Source: Gordius albopunctatus
Lineage: Eukaryota
Reading direction: 5' to 3'
Assembly (NCBI GenBank): GCA_964276515.1
Contig: OZ193909.1
Span: 18,538,001 to 18,602,000 of the forward strand
Length of the DNA: 64,000 nt
Below are positions 24,338-37,864 of the stretch, piece after piece. How positions within the stretch are numbered: the stretch's first letter is position 1; each line of letters opens with the position of its first letter. The position numbers were made by a program, and so were the translations under genes. The notes under the pieces are model-generated. The model was given only the letters and a program-made list of their open reading frames with translations, had not been told where the DNA came from and searched no databases.

Positions 24338-27146
24338 TTGTATTTTTTACATTTAAATAATAAATTCTGATTATTAATGAGTAAAATATTTGATATCTAA
24401 TTGATTTCCTAGCATGAATTTTTTATATTAAATATGTATTTAGCATTACTTTTGGTATAAAATTCATAGCTATACATATTTAAAATATAATAAAAGCTAG
24501 TATATATATTTTATGCTAATATAATCAGCTAGGGGCTTTATATTGCATAACTATTTATAAAGTCTTGATAATGATCTATTTCCCTCATATCAAAAAAATA
24601 AGAAATTGTGATGAATAAAACTAAATTTTAAATTGCAAAAATTTATAGAAATTTTTTATGGTATTAGGAATTTCATTAATTAGGCTCATATACAAAGTTA
24701 TTTTAAGGCTAATTGTTTGTGAGGTTTGTTCGATAACTCTAAGTTTCAATAAAAATAAGAAAAATTAATTATATCTAAGTAATAGTAAATGGCATGGGCA
24801 TAGCCACCATTGGAATTAGAGGGAGGCAATTATAATTTGGGAAGGGGCAAATTCTAATAAATTCCAATAAATTTTTGGATTTAGATGGAGACAGCTGCCC
24901 ATCACTGCACCCACCCTTGGCTTGGTGCATTGTAATAGATATCATTAGAAATCTCAGATGTTCAGCTAAATTTTAAAAATTACAAATTATGTTGAATTCT
25001 CTTTAATATTAACTAACTTTTATGACACCTTTTAAATCTGAATTTGTTATTCAATTATTATTTGTGTGGTATCAGCAAGACCAGATGTTTAGAGTAAAAA
25101 CTTCATTTTACTGCTTGGATAAACTTTTATTCAGATCCCCTTGAATTTAAAGCATCTCATTTTAAGTTTAAAAAAAAATTCTTAAATAAAACCTTATTTT
25201 TATATAAAAACTCATTTAAAAATTTTATAATACTTTTTTTAGTTCATGGAATATTAAATGATAATATTTAGGCCAATTAATTTGTTATCAAGATAATAAA
25301 AGTTTTATTACAATCTTACCAATATAGGTTTATAAATTAAAACAATTAACTGAAAGATTCTCCCTTTTTGACATCAGCCAACATTGTGAGGCAATTGTCA
25401 ATTTAATATGTCATAAATGTTTAATATACAAATTGGATAACTAATATTTCCTATAAATTATACAAAAACTTTGTGAAAAGGGCAAATATATTTTGATCTG
25501 AATTTTGATTTTTTTAATTGTAATGTATTAGTCTACCATGTTTTTTACATAATTATGATCTATGAGACATACTTTTGATTATTACTATGAAAGAAGCAAA
25601 CCAGATATATATAAAGTTAATGCATTATTTAGCTTGAAAAAATGATTATTTTCGAAATCTTATATAGCGTGCCTAATTATTTACTTGTTTATTTACCATA
25701 AATCTCAATCAAAAAATTAAGAAAACTCCACTTTTTAATTTTAAATAATTTCTCCTTCGTAAAAAATAGCCAAAATTTTAACAAATTTAAGTTTTAATTA
25801 TTAAATCACGCATCTTTCCATCTTTTTGTGTTGATAAATTAAAATAAAACTTGTAAAAATAATTGGTTTTCTATTAAGCTCATTTCCTACACGCAATTTT
25901 AGTGATATTGATAGAAATATTGGACTTTTTTGTGTATTCTCTATTGTGCTACAACAATAAAAGATAGCCAATTATTATTTAGACTTACTTATCTTAACCA
26001 TATCTTACACAAATTATCCACATAATTAACCTAAACTATAAAATTTTAATGGAAAACCCGACATATATTTTTTTGTTAGATTTAATACAAAATTTGTTAC
26101 AAAATAATTCATTCTTGGAAAATTTCTCTAACCCCAGTTTATCTAAAAATTATAAAATTCTTTGGTAAGTTGTTAGTATATCTTCATAATATATAAACAT
26201 CTATTTGAATAAGACAGGTCTTCTTTAAACATAAGATAAAGTTAAAGTATAAATCTTTCTTCCGTAATAATTAAATTACTTAACATAAAATTAAAAGCGA
26301 TTTAATTTTGATTATTATAATTTATATTAATTTAACATTAAATTGTAATTTAAATTAATAGAATATTCAATTAATAATTAAAATTAGTTATGAGCATTCT
26401 AATATCATGTCCTATTAATATTTATGAGAAGCTATTTTTGTATTTAATTAAAACTTTGATCTGCAAAAAGTAATTAAATTTCACTAAAAACTCTTTAGAT
26501 GAGTCTATATGTGATGTTTGAAAAACAAAATGTAATTTGTTATTTTTTTAAATTTATTATGTTAAAACATCGTATGTTTTTTGATTTGTGAAAAATTCTA
26601 ATTTTTAGTATCTAACCATTTCCATTTTAAAATATATTATATTTTTGTAACAATACTGAATATCTCCTGTATTATTACCATATCATTAAGGTAATATTTA
26701 AAATTAATATAAAATATCCCATTTTTTCATGTATATGAGACTAATGCTTTATATAATTTTTTACCAAATAGTTTTCTAAATTATGTTTTTTAATAAATTA
26801 AGTTTTCATCTTTAGTAATATATTTTTGAGATTTTCAATAAATTATACGAAGTTTCAGGAGAATGTTAAATAAATTTATTATGTATAAATTAAGTTCAAA
26901 AAAATTACTAAAATGTAAAATATATCTACTCAGGGAAAAGAACCCTTTGTTTTTTGAAAGATATATCTATATTACAAAATTTTTGGCTTTCTTAAATTAA
27001 AAAATTAATTTATTTATTAAGAATAATAAATATTTAAAATATTTTTGAAAATTAAAAAATGCATACGCCTATAAAAATATATTAAATCGCTTTCGAGTTA
27101 CATAAAACCGTAGCCAATTTAACAAGTTACAATGCAGAAAATCTAA

Positions 27147-27663
27147 TTTTTTTTTTTTTTAATATTTATATGTTGTTTATTTGTACGTAAGAACATTATA
27201 AAAACGACGTGTCAACATTCGAGGAATATAAAAGCGGGTGTAAAACTAAATAAAAATATTATGATTCAAAAAAAGTCGCATGTGTCATCTTGTAAAAGTG
27301 GCCAACTGTCGGCCAGGGATTTAAAATTGTACTTTGCTATAAAAATACCAATTTTTTGTTTAAGTAAAAAATTTGTGGAATATTTAGAAGGCGGGCAGCG
27401 ACGGCTGATTTCTTTAAAAAGCTTAATGGCGGCCGGACCAAAAGTGCCAGAACACGAGGCAACGATAGGGGTAAAGATATTAGATGGTAGGAGGGCCTGG
27501 TATTTTACCGTTTTGCGGTGTTCGGCGAGGGTGAGAGCGTTGTAGTTTTGGTTAGAGGGGGCGAAAATGTCTATGCAGGTGAAATCCCATTTAAGGGGTA
27601 GACCATTTTGCCAAGGGATAAGGGTAGAGCCGTCTGGTCGCATCCTTCCCTCCAACACCATAT
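27147..27663 (-). mobile_element. 5'-truncated non-LTR retrotransposon with a restriction-like endonuclease domain (CRE/NeSL-like)
   Basis: ORF fragment RPDGSTLIPWQNG..LKWDFTC.D, K..KY, F.PI...GTFGP; AATAAA followed by an A14 tail on the minus strand; possible TSD GAAAAT(C/G)TAA at 27137-27146 and 27664-27673. Confidence 0.8.
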
Positions 27664-27877
27664 GAAAATGTAAATATGATAGAAATTATTAATCGTTTTA
27701 TAATAAATTTTTTTTAAAGATTATAGCTCAAATTACCCGAGCGATCTTTTTTCCCACTCTCATAAAAGTTTTATTACGAATATCATTTTTTAATTTTAAC
27801 TTTATATTAATAACACAAACATTCCTTCGAATTTATATTTTCAAGTCATTACAAGCTTAGTAAAGTAGAATCAAGCC

Positions 27878-28021
27878 TATGAGCGTAGCCAACATGAGAG
27901 AGGGCAAAATGATAATTTTTTAAAATTTTAGCCATAATTATATTAAATTTCAACAAATTTTGGATTTAGAGGGGGGGAAGCCGCCCCTTCCTGCCCCCCT
28001 CCCCTCCTGGCTACACGCATG
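27878..28021. mobile_element. hAT-type MITE, CATGGG family
   Basis: Degenerate TIRs and the shared family interior. Confidence 0.75.
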
Positions 28022-28887
28022 TCCGAGCCAATCGGGTTATAACTGACCCCGACCTCACTACATAATTAGTGAAGCTTTTTTACATGAATGTCTATGAGTT
28101 ATTTATATTCGCTTCGTTTAATTGTATTAATCGGTTTTACGCATGACTTATGATGATGGAAATTATAATGGGAGCACATAATATTTTTTGACTAATTGAT
28201 GTTATGGACCTCTCCTAAATAAATGATTTTGCCTAAATTTTTCTAAACATATTCAAAGTCGATAGGGCCATCTTGATAATAGCTTTTTGATTATATTTTT
28301 AAATATCTATATATAATAGCTATAAAGTAATTATATGGTTATAAAGGTTTATCTTTTCATTGTTTATCCTTTTAACATGTATTTGCCATTTTTAATTTCA
28401 CAATCCTTTATATTTCCACTCAAAGCATTTTATTTAGGTTGGTAGGCGAAAAATATCTAAACGCTGAACTCCTCTCTTTTTCTATATTTTATTTTTAGTT
28501 CAATCACTTCTTAAAACGTTATATTTGCCCTGACAGATAGTGATAAAATACCCAAGTTTAAGGCATTAGGTTTCGGTCCAGGGGATATTTTAAAAATTTT
28601 GATGGGGGAGGGGTGTCGAAACAGTATATTTGATTTTATATCAAATCCGCTTCGATGAGTATTTTTCTTATTCACCAAAACAAATGAATATTTAAACTGG
28701 GAGAGGTAAAGTCGTCAAAAATGTAAAATCCTAAGCGTTCTCGCAACTAAAAAGGTAAAAATATCGGGTCGTCTGAAATAAAATATGGCCGAATTAATGT
28801 AAACAAAGAACAAGGGGATACAAAGAAGCACCCCCCCCCCCCCAAAGTTTCAAATAATAACCTTGTGCATCTTTAAAGTATCATATG

Positions 28888-29090
28888 TAGAGTTGTTAAA
28901 TTGCTAACTTTCTTCAAACTCTAGACGCGAGCACGCAAAATGAGTTGCTTAATATGCGCGTTAGCATAATATGTGCTCGCTGTTCGGCGCACTAGGCAGA
29001 ACAGTAGCATATAAAAATGCTCGAGGCCCGAGCAGAAACTCGAGCAGATGGTAGCTGGATTTGAAGAAAGTTAGCAATTTAACAACTCTA
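28888..29090. mobile_element. hAT-type MITE, TAGAGTTG family
   Basis: About 30-bp perfect TIR TAGAGTTGTTAAATTGCTAACTTTCTTCAAA; perfect TSD ATCATATG. Confidence 0.92.
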
Positions 29091-29540
29091 ATCATATGCA
29101 TGAATGGGGGATTGACTCCACCATCCCCCTTAGCAGATTTAAGGTTTCCTTAATCTTTAAAATAGTATATCCAATCACAAAAAATCACTTCTTGCCCCTC
29201 CCACTACCTTTTAATACAAATCTTGGCTAAGCACCTATAATTAATAAATAGTCCTTTTACCATTAATAACGCCTATTAAGATTTAATTTAAAATAATTGG
29301 CATAGCCTTCATAATTAGAATTAGATAAAAGTGTACAAATATATAAATAACACGCAATCATGCTTGCATAATAAGCCCTTGATAAAAAATGATTTGTTTA
29401 AATATTAAAATTAGTTTATTAAATACTAGTAAAATCATTTTGGTATACTATACCATGTGAGTGACGAGTTATTAAGGTTAAAAATTAATTTTTAATTTGG
29501 CTAAGAATATACTTAAAAAGCTAGGAATTTCCACCTTTGT

Positions 29541-29693
29541 CATCCAGCATTGGAATTAGAGGGGGGAAATATTGACTTAGGAAGGGGCAAAATGAAGATT
29601 TTTTGAAATTTTAGCCATAATTTTAATATATTTCAATAAAATTTTGGATTTAGAGGGGGGCAGCTGCCCCTCCATGCCCCCCTGGCGCCCATG
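29541..29693. mobile_element. hAT-type MITE, CATGGG family
   Basis: Perfect TSD ACCTTTGT; family interior; left TIR partly deleted. Confidence 0.82.
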
Positions 29694-30180
29694 ACCTTTG
29701 TAATTATATTTAAACGAACGAAACTTATGAACTACAAGTAGTATTTATATTTTTATATATATTAAAATCCAAATATGAATAATGCATCACTTATTAAAAT
29801 TGATAGTAGTTAACCATGTGTTTACGAAAGCTATGATATGTCCCGCCCGTTTATACTATTGCCCCATACCTACTACTACATATAAAAATCAATAAGCATA
29901 TTTAAATTTCCAATATAAATAAAAAATAACAAAACGTCGAAGATTTGCCGATATGAGTGTATTGAAAAGGGAATAAAATTCATCAGCTAATGTCGTTATT
30001 ATTATTATTATGAATATATAATGGACTGTTTTAACGCCTTTAGATAGCTATCTCGCGTCAAAAGGGTTCCCGATTAGCACTTGAGCATTCCATACGTATT
30101 TTTGGGGTTTACCACTTTTGTGCGAACTATATTTATGTTGCGTTGTATTAAACAATTTAATATAGACGATTCCGTTGAGT

Positions 30181-31998
30181 ATGAAGGCTACAGACTTATG
30201 GCAATGTAGCGCTATACTAGCGCCCGTTTATCATAGAGAATTTACGGGATTCGAATCAACCTTTTACTTTTACGTCATGGCTCTTCTATTGATGGCTGGA
30301 TTTTGTGGGATAGCTGCCTACTTCCTCTTATTCTACATCCTGAAGCACGCCCACAAATTGGTTCAGGTCGGAGACTCTTTTTTCCGCAAGCACCTACCCG
30401 AACCCATGATCAAAAGGTTCCTGGCATGTGCTAAACTCTTTGACAATCATTTTTACACCTACGTAGCCATCATATGCTGCTGGGATTTATTGGCTTGTAT
30501 TAACTTCATCTTTTGGCCCGTCCTGTATCATTCGGGACCGAGGGTGGGTAGTAGTTTGTTCCCCTTCATATATCACGTAGCTGTAACGTATTGGCCCTTA
30601 GAACAGCTATTCGCTGCCAACGTTAACTGGATTACGGCTCTCCTATCCTTAGATCGTCTTCTAGCCGTAGCCTTTCCATTTAAATATTCCATGTCTGACA
30701 ACGTCTTACGAAAAAGGGTTTGGCTTATAAACGGAGCCCTACTGGCTATAACGTTAACTACTTCGCTTCCCTATGCCTTTCCCTTTAGCGTAAGTCAAGT
30801 GCAACCCATTGAGCTTTGTTTGCCTCGAGAGAACAGGATACCAAACACCACGGCAATAAGGTATCCTAGGATCATTAGCAAATTAGTCGATCCCGAAAGC
30901 AATATCAGTTTCGCTCTTTATATGACAAACTCCACTAGTATCAGTCAAAATACAACTTTGCCGGTCGGATTTTTTCTTAACCTTTCTCGTTTCAATGACA
31001 AAAAGACTGGTGGCCAGCTCATATCGTTATCTATATTAAACAAGGATGGAGCCTTCGCTTCCAGCAATGCCTGTCTATTAAAGGTCTCAACCAGCGTACC
31101 CTTAATATCGTTAATGAATTGTTCTCGACCACAAAAAAATATAATTGAACCTGTGCTCTACAAGTACGCTCCAACTAAAGATTACTACACCTGGAACTCA
31201 ATGTACGATAAGGTTTTCAGCTTTTTTATGTACTTTATACCAGTTGTCATCTTTATATCCAGCAACACCTACCTTATGTTTAAAATGAAAGCAAAGCGTA
31301 CCAAAGTTCATCCCGAGCCCTCCACCGTATCAAAAAAAGTGGCCACTTCTGTAACAGAGTCACCCACAAAATCTTCCAAACATCTTGCCCTTAATCCGGG
31401 TCCGATTAGCATGGCCCTTTCCCGTGTCCTTTATTTGTTCCTAACAACAGACAACCCTCATAAAAGTGATTTAAATAAAACACTTAAGCCATACATACAG
31501 ACCAATGACAAAAGGCATAAACAAGAAAATATGAGGGTCGATGAACACGTTTGCTTCAAAGTGGGTATATGCGGAAGTTACCAAAAAGTTTTAAATTACC
31601 AAGTTAATATAGCTGAAGAAAGTTCGCTTTTTACAAAACACCCGGCTTCCAGTCTAGGAGCGGTTACATCAATAACTACAAAACAAGGCAGTTTCCCTAA
31701 AGCTAAATCGGGCCGAGCTAGTAGCGGTTCGAGTCAAAACTTTACGAAAATATTGATGGGCATGAACGTCGAATATTTGCTTTTCAACATGCCATACGTA
31801 ATATTCGTTTTTGTTTCAAATCATGGGTGGGTCGAACATGGAAGTAAAGAGTTAGTCGGATTCCAAGTTATAATGAATACCCTAAAGTATGGTAGTCACG
31901 CATCTCGGATTTTTGTTAATTTTGCCATTGACAAAAATATAAAACAAGCCGTTGTCATAATATTAATAGCTATTAGAGACTGGCTTAAACAGCTATAG
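30181..31998 (+). CDS. Divergent class A (rhodopsin-like) GPCR, peptide-receptor/srw-like, intronless
   Basis: ORF of about 605 aa from the ATG at 30181; seven hydrophobic segments; TM2 WDLL, TM3 LLSLDRLLAVAFPFKY, TM4 SLP, TM5 FIP..IFISSN, TM6 FNMPY. Confidence 0.85.
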   Translation: MKATDLWQCSAILAPVYHREFTGFESTFYFYVMALLLMAGFCGIAAYFLLFYILKHAHKLVQVGDSFFRKHLPEPMIKRFLACAKLFDNHFYTYVAIICCWDLLACINFIFWPVLYHSGPRVGSSLFPFIYHVAVTYWPLEQLFAANVNWITALLSLDRLLAVAFPFKYSMSDNVLRKRVWLINGALLAITLTTSLPYAFPFSVSQVQPIELCLPRENRIPNTTAIRYPRIISKLVDPESNISFALYMTNSTSISQNTTLPVGFFLNLSRFNDKKTGGQLISLSILNKDGAFASSNACLLKVSTSVPLISLMNCSRPQKNIIEPVLYKYAPTKDYYTWNSMYDKVFSFFMYFIPVVIFISSNTYLMFKMKAKRTKVHPEPSTVSKKVATSVTESPTKSSKHLALNPGPISMALSRVLYLFLTTDNPHKSDLNKTLKPYIQTNDKRHKQENMRVDEHVCFKVGICGSYQKVLNYQVNIAEESSLFTKHPASSLGAVTSITTKQGSFPKAKSGRASSGSSQNFTKILMGMNVEYLLFNMPYVIFVFVSNHGWVEHGSKELVGFQVIMNTLKYGSHASRIFVNFAIDKNIKQAVVIILIAIRDWLKQL

Positions 31999-32315
31999 CT
32001 CAAAATTATTGTTGAAAATATACTCAAGGTCAACATTTTGGTTACATTTCACGTTATCGCATAAGAAATCGTTAAATATTTATGACATGTAAATAGTTAT
32101 AACATGGTTATCCTAAAATGTAATATTTTCTTCATTTTGTAAATACAACGATCTTTATTTTTATAATATAAACACACATATGCATTGTCTGTTTAATGTC
32201 ATTTAGCGAATCATTTTACATTATAGCATACCTTTTTGTTAAAATAAATCATTAATCATTGCTCGATTTATTTATGCTTTCACTCAGAAAAATAATTATC
32301 TAGATTTAAGGCTTA

Positions 32316-33557
32316 CAGGGTTTCTTTCAGGGGGGATCCCGGGGGGGGCTGGGCAATTTCAAATACCCCCCGGAGAGTTTTGATTGAAGGAAGCATGAAC
32401 TAAAGTTCCATCATGAAGTCATAAATTATAATAATAGGCTAAAATTTAAATTCATTAAATTATTTTAATTTGTCAATAAAAAAATATAAAATTGGCGAAA
32501 TTAAATTTTTTTACAAATCAGGTGGAAATCATTCATAGATATCATTTTTTAACATCTGTCAACCCTAATTTACAATTTTGAAAGTTACAAATTATCTTTA
32601 AATAAAAAATATCAATAGGTAAATAAACATAAATAAATGCTTTTCGAATTATTAAATCGCTATCTTACTTATAAAAAAAAGAATTATTATTAATAATCGA
32701 TTCTATTGTTTGTTTTATATTGATATAATATGCTTATTTTGAATTGCAGATGTCTGGTAAATATAGAAGTACTCTTTTACACTACTTTAGTAAAAAGGAA
32801 AAGCCTAATAAAAAAGATGGTAAATATGATTTAATTTGGAATAATTTTAATTATGTATGGGTATTGGTGTTTATATAAAATACGACATGAATATGTTTGT
32901 TTGTAATAGGTAAAGATAGGACTGAATTAAAAAAACTCTTGTTTTATCCCTTACTATGGGAAACTATGGTAATTATTTTTAAGCATTAGATATTTTAAAT
33001 ATATATAAGTTAAAGGCAGATGTTATTCTGCTTCCAGCAGTGAAATTCACATGAACTCTGAAAGAGGCAAGAAAGATTTTGGTTTAATATAGAAGTATTA
33101 AATATATTTTCATGTTTTAGGTCAAGATGAAAATTGTAATTCTGCTGGAGTGGGAAAACAGTCTCTTCTTTTTCTTATGATAAAAATGATGGTAATTAAA
33201 ATTATGCAAGTTGTTTTTATTTTATTAATATATATTGATAAAAATGAGTGTATTGGCAGCTCTACCAATTGCTCAGTCTCTGAAAGTGAAAAACATGGGC
33301 AAAATTTAAAACTTAAACCATCATATAAATTTATGATTTCATGGACATCTAAATACAAATGGCTAATTTTTGATGAAGCCTTAGGTGGGGATTTATGCTC
33401 TGTCTGTTCTCTTTACAACAAAAACGATTTATTTTTTCAACAAAAAACAAAGGGTGTGACCAATAAAAATCAGTAAATATTTTACACAATGGTTTAGCAA
33501 TTAAAAATTTTTTACCCCCCCCCCCCCCCCGGAGAATTTTTTCTGAAAGAAACGCTG
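32316..33557 (+). mobile_element. Internally deleted hAT transposon with the 5' transposase remnant (TTF-type zinc finger)
   Basis: TIR CAGGGTTTCTTTCAG/CTGAAAGAAACGCTG; perfect TSD AAGGCTTA; ORF remnant YKFMISWTSKYKWLIFDEALGGDLCSVC. Confidence 0.88.
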
Positions 33558-34417
33558 AAGGCTTATATAGTTTAAAAATAAATTAAACTGTTACACTGTG
33601 AATAAAAAAAATGTTTCTGTATAAAAATATGCCTTTCATTAATAACCAATAATAACATCATATCCAATAATTTCTAATTGACCCTATAACAAAATTTTAT
33701 CAATACATCGTATTATTTGTAAACAATGTTCGTTTATTGATTATTAAAAACCTTAAAGATTACTTTTAATAGAGGTTAAATTAATTTAAATGGCCAATCA
33801 AAAATAACAAAGGCATGAATGAGTCATATTCCTCAATTAATCTTTCGAAGAAGGATGTAGCAACACCTATGATATGATTTTAATCATTACAAAGCTTTCT
33901 ATATGCCTTCCTTTCCAGATTAATAGAGAGATACTGTGACAGTATGTCATTTTGCTATTTTAGGATTATTCCATATATATAACAGTCTTTCAAAGTTGCT
34001 TTTTGACATTTTGAACACGGAAACGCTATTTTAAATTTCACCCCAACACTACCCGAAAACTATTTGTAAGGCTTGTCCAGGATTCGACTCGAATATGGAT
34101 TTTATTAAATAGTAGGCTTCAAGATATGTTTAACAGAATTACAATTCTAGTGCATTTTTATAAGGTTTGTTTTGCTTGGACTTAAAAAGACCATATTATA
34201 ATGAAGGAAAATACATGCATTTTAAAGATGTGGTTTCAGGCTTGCTTTTGTCTCTCCTCAAATATGAGTAGTAGTAAAAAGGCTGCTCGCTTATAATTGA
34301 GGAAACTGGAAAACTGTTTCGAAGGCTAGCCGATCTTGAACACCTATCTTGTCAGCCTAAGAAATCTTCTTCTCCCCACCAGTAACAAACATAAAAACTG
34401 TGTTTGGCTACCAAAGG

Positions 34418-34469
34418 TATAGCTTCTTGGATCACGAGAGTACACAAGCTCAACCACCACTACAAGGTA
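34418..34469 (-). mobile_element. Remnant resembling the 5' UTR of an RTE-clade (Rex3/BovB-type) LINE
   Basis: Minus strand ACCTTGTAGTGGTGGTTGAGCTTGTGTACTCTCGTGATCCAAGAAGCTAT resembles recalled RTE 5' ends; no intact ORF follows. Confidence 0.4.
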
Positions 34470-35099
34470 TTTCTGGCTCGAGAGCATTCAACCTATAATC
34501 TCTTTTTTGCTAATTAGGCAATTTATCCGTTTCTAGGTTTGTTATGGTCGTTTATAACGTCTATTTTCGACTTGTAAATGTTTATCAATATTTCATTAGT
34601 CCCTATAGATAAATTAACCTATAGGCGGGACCGCTGCGGATTCAGGTGACACGCACGAGATGTGATTAAACCGTTTTATTATATTTTTTTTCAATCTTTT
34701 TATCAATGTAACCTATGTTATCAGGTGATACCAAACCTGCCTCAATGTTAAGTAAAATTAATATGTGTAGTGGCAAAATTGATATCCAATTAATAACTGA
34801 TTATCGGATGGACATAATACAGTCTGTCAAAATAAATAATAGCCATTTTTTAAACTTTCGCCTTTAGTGTTGACATCGTTTATTCTTAGTTAGGTGCTTT
34901 GATGGTGTAATAAGTATATACGTTAAGAGTAATTATTACGTCCTAACCAAAACAGTATTTGGAGTAAGGTATTAATAAAATTATTAACAAATGGGAAAAA
35001 AGGACATTTGTCTCTTCGGTGAACTTAAGGGTATAGTCTTGAAGAGTCAACTGCCCCGTAAATTTAAAAAATATTTAATATTTCAAATACAGTCTAAAT

Positions 35100-36415
35100 T
35101 AGAGACCTGCAAGGGCCTTTTTAGGTCAGTCGTAATAAAAATTTAAAAGCCCGGGCCCGTCAAAATTTTAAATTATAAGCCCGAGCCCGGCCCGCTAATT
35201 TTATACAAAGCCCGAGCCCGGCCCGGGTCTGTAAAAATTTTTTTATCGATATGGCAAACAATATGTATGTGATAAAAATATTAATAAAAATATTGTAAAA
35301 ATAATAAATTGGTAATTCTGTCACTCGAGTTCTTCTATCTTTTAAGAAACGATCTACATGGACATTTTTTAACAAGTGGCACTTCAGGATACATAAAACC
35401 ATATAAGCCAAATAAACTTTTAAAACCCTTATCTAAGGTTGTAATTTTTTTAATAAAGTTACTTAGCTTGCTTTTCCACCATTTTAAATTTTAAGTTATT
35501 GATATAAAATGAAAAAACAGTGATAAAAATAACTTGAAGAAATAAATTTCAGAATTTATTTTTAAATTTATTAATGATAATGAGTATAAAAATTTTGGCA
35601 ATTGGCCGGGGTAAGAAAAGTAGAAGTTAGCAACGGTCAGCATTAATTTGTAGAGAATTATAGCCAGTTTTGCAATTATCCGATATATAGCAACAACCTA
35701 GATAAGTTGCCCAAAAAAATTTATTAATAAAGGTAATCAGTCGGGCACAAAAAACAATAATAAAATTTGAGCTTGGGCGAGGTCGAAAAAAGTAAACGCA
35801 ATCAAGGGTCAGCAAAATAAAAGTCTTTTACAGAAGCATAAGTCCACAGCCATTAAAAACCCGTAAAAGTTTGCACGGCAATTATTCAAAAATTACGAGT
35901 TGGGCAGGGCGGATAACCAAAAGAGAGCCTATAAATTGCATAGCAATTAATATAAATTAATTCACTTGATATGGCTAGAGGGTATAAATAGGGATGCAAG
36001 GAGGGGCACCTGCACCCCCTCCAAATCCAAAAATTCTTGGCGAAAAAAACATTTTTTGGCCTATCTTCTAAACTAACCCCCTCTAATTTAAATTGGCTCC
36101 GCCCATGGGATCACGTGCATAAATTATCTTTAACATTTATTATGCGGGTTGAGATATTGATGAATTAATGAACTAGGATGGAAACAAAATTTAACTTTCC
36201 TTGCTAATTTAATATACCTAAAATAATTATAAATTAGAATAAAAACACCTTCTTCTTTTTTACTAAATCTAATTAATTTTTTAACGGGCCTTAAGTATAA
36301 CTTGGCCCGCCCCGAACCCGTTAAGTATTATATCAGCCAGTCCAGGCCCGGCCCGTTGTTTTATTTTGAAGCAGAAGCCCGTCCAAGCTCGGTCCGTGGG
36401 CCGGACAGGTCTCTA
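35100..36415. mobile_element. hAT-type non-autonomous element with GCCCG subterminal repeats and a nested CATGGG-family MITE (about 35970-36108)
   Basis: TIR TAGAGACCTG/CAGGTCTCTA; perfect TSD GTCTAAAT. Confidence 0.9.
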
Positions 36416-36605
36416 GTCTAAATATTATCATTTTTTCTCTGCCCAAACTATAATAAGCTTTTTACCTAGTATATGGCAAGCCGATTAATAGTTATATTGG
36501 TTTGCACAAAAAATTAAATCAATAAGATTAATATTGAGGTGTATTAAATAATGTATGGGAAAAATGACGCCTCGTCCTAAAAAAACTTTCAAATAACTAA
36601 ATTAA

Positions 36606-37223
36606 TCCTCGAGAGTATTCCTGAAAATCCCGAACGCGACGGCATTCGTGGGGTATAACTTTACCCCACTTTTTAACTTCTTAAAACTTTCAAAGTTTTC
36701 TTTTAAAACCTTTCAAATTTTAAACATGTGTTTATAAAGGTCTTAAGATTGATTGTATAAATTTTGATATGAATCTAATCAACATTACAAAACTTATTAA
36801 CGATTTTCTGGACCACCATTTTTATTTTGGTTATTTTAGAGCTTCCCCTCATTTTGCCTCTTGACATCATATACCTTAAAATAAATCAAAATAAACGTGA
36901 TTTTTTATTAAAAGAATGTTCAAAATGTATTAAAAACACAAATTGTAAAAGATATCATCAAATAAAAAAAATACATTTTTTCCAACAGAAAAAAACTTAC
37001 GTAAGAGCATTCGTGGGGTAAAATTTACCCCACGAACCGAAAAAGCTTCTATATTTTAAGAGGTATTAAGCCAAAACCTATGAAATTTTCACCTAACCTA
37101 GTTCTTGATAAAATATTAAGCTACTGAAAATACCAAATTCATTAGACTTATATTGCGTTTTATATTTTAATTTATAATTTGGGTGGGGTATCGAACGAAA
37201 TACCCCACGAATACTCTCGCGGG
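36606..37223. mobile_element. piggyBac-type MITE
   Basis: TTAA|TCCTCGAGAG...CTCTCGCGGG|TTTA; homologous to 62692-63296; CGTGGGG/CCCCACG subterminal repeats. Confidence 0.85.
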
Positions 37224-37595
37224 TTTAAAAGAAAATTAACAAAATAGGTAAAATATGTTAAATTAAAATATTACTAAAGGTGAGGAGGATGTAGATTTGG
37301 AATTTGAAGTCTTCATTAAAAATATTTGCATTTCTGTTCAAATGAATTGATATGTAATAAAAACTGGCTTTAAAATTCCATTTCGTCCCACCTATATATT
37401 AATGTATTTGTAATGTATTAGCTCTAAAAAATTGGAACTCGGTGACAATACGATCAGATTAAGAGAGCCCAATTATTTTATTCAGATTATAAAAGAAACA
37501 AAGCAACTAATAATAATTTTATCTGATGTGATATTAATGACATATAGCCGACTTCGATAACATTCTAAAATGATTGATTGTCACAAAGTAAAGAT

Positions 37596-37864
37596 CATAG
37601 ACTAATAGACTGCTCATCTCCTATATATTCACGCATCAAACGTGTTGCCAAAAACGACCGCCATTTTGATAAGTAGCGATGGATTGTATTGGACAATAAT
37701 CATTCATTATATAACATGAAACAACCCATTTTAATCATCATAGCGATTTTAAAAATTCATCAAACCATATAAATTGGCTGCCAAAATTCATGTTTCACTT
37801 ATCAAAATGGCTGCCAAAATGGGATACACCTTTTAAAAGGGAATGATCAGTCTATTCGTCTATG
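37596..37864. mobile_element. hAT-type MITE with CATAGAC termini
   Basis: CATAGACTAATAGACTG...CAGTCTATTCGTCTATG; perfect TSD GTAAAGAT; partial relative at about 48878-49070. Confidence 0.88.

Noticed and set aside
36827..37021. Duplicated small ORF (also 62853-63167) as a gene family
   Set aside because: Both ORFs lie inside copies of the same piggyBac-type MITE and differ by indels.
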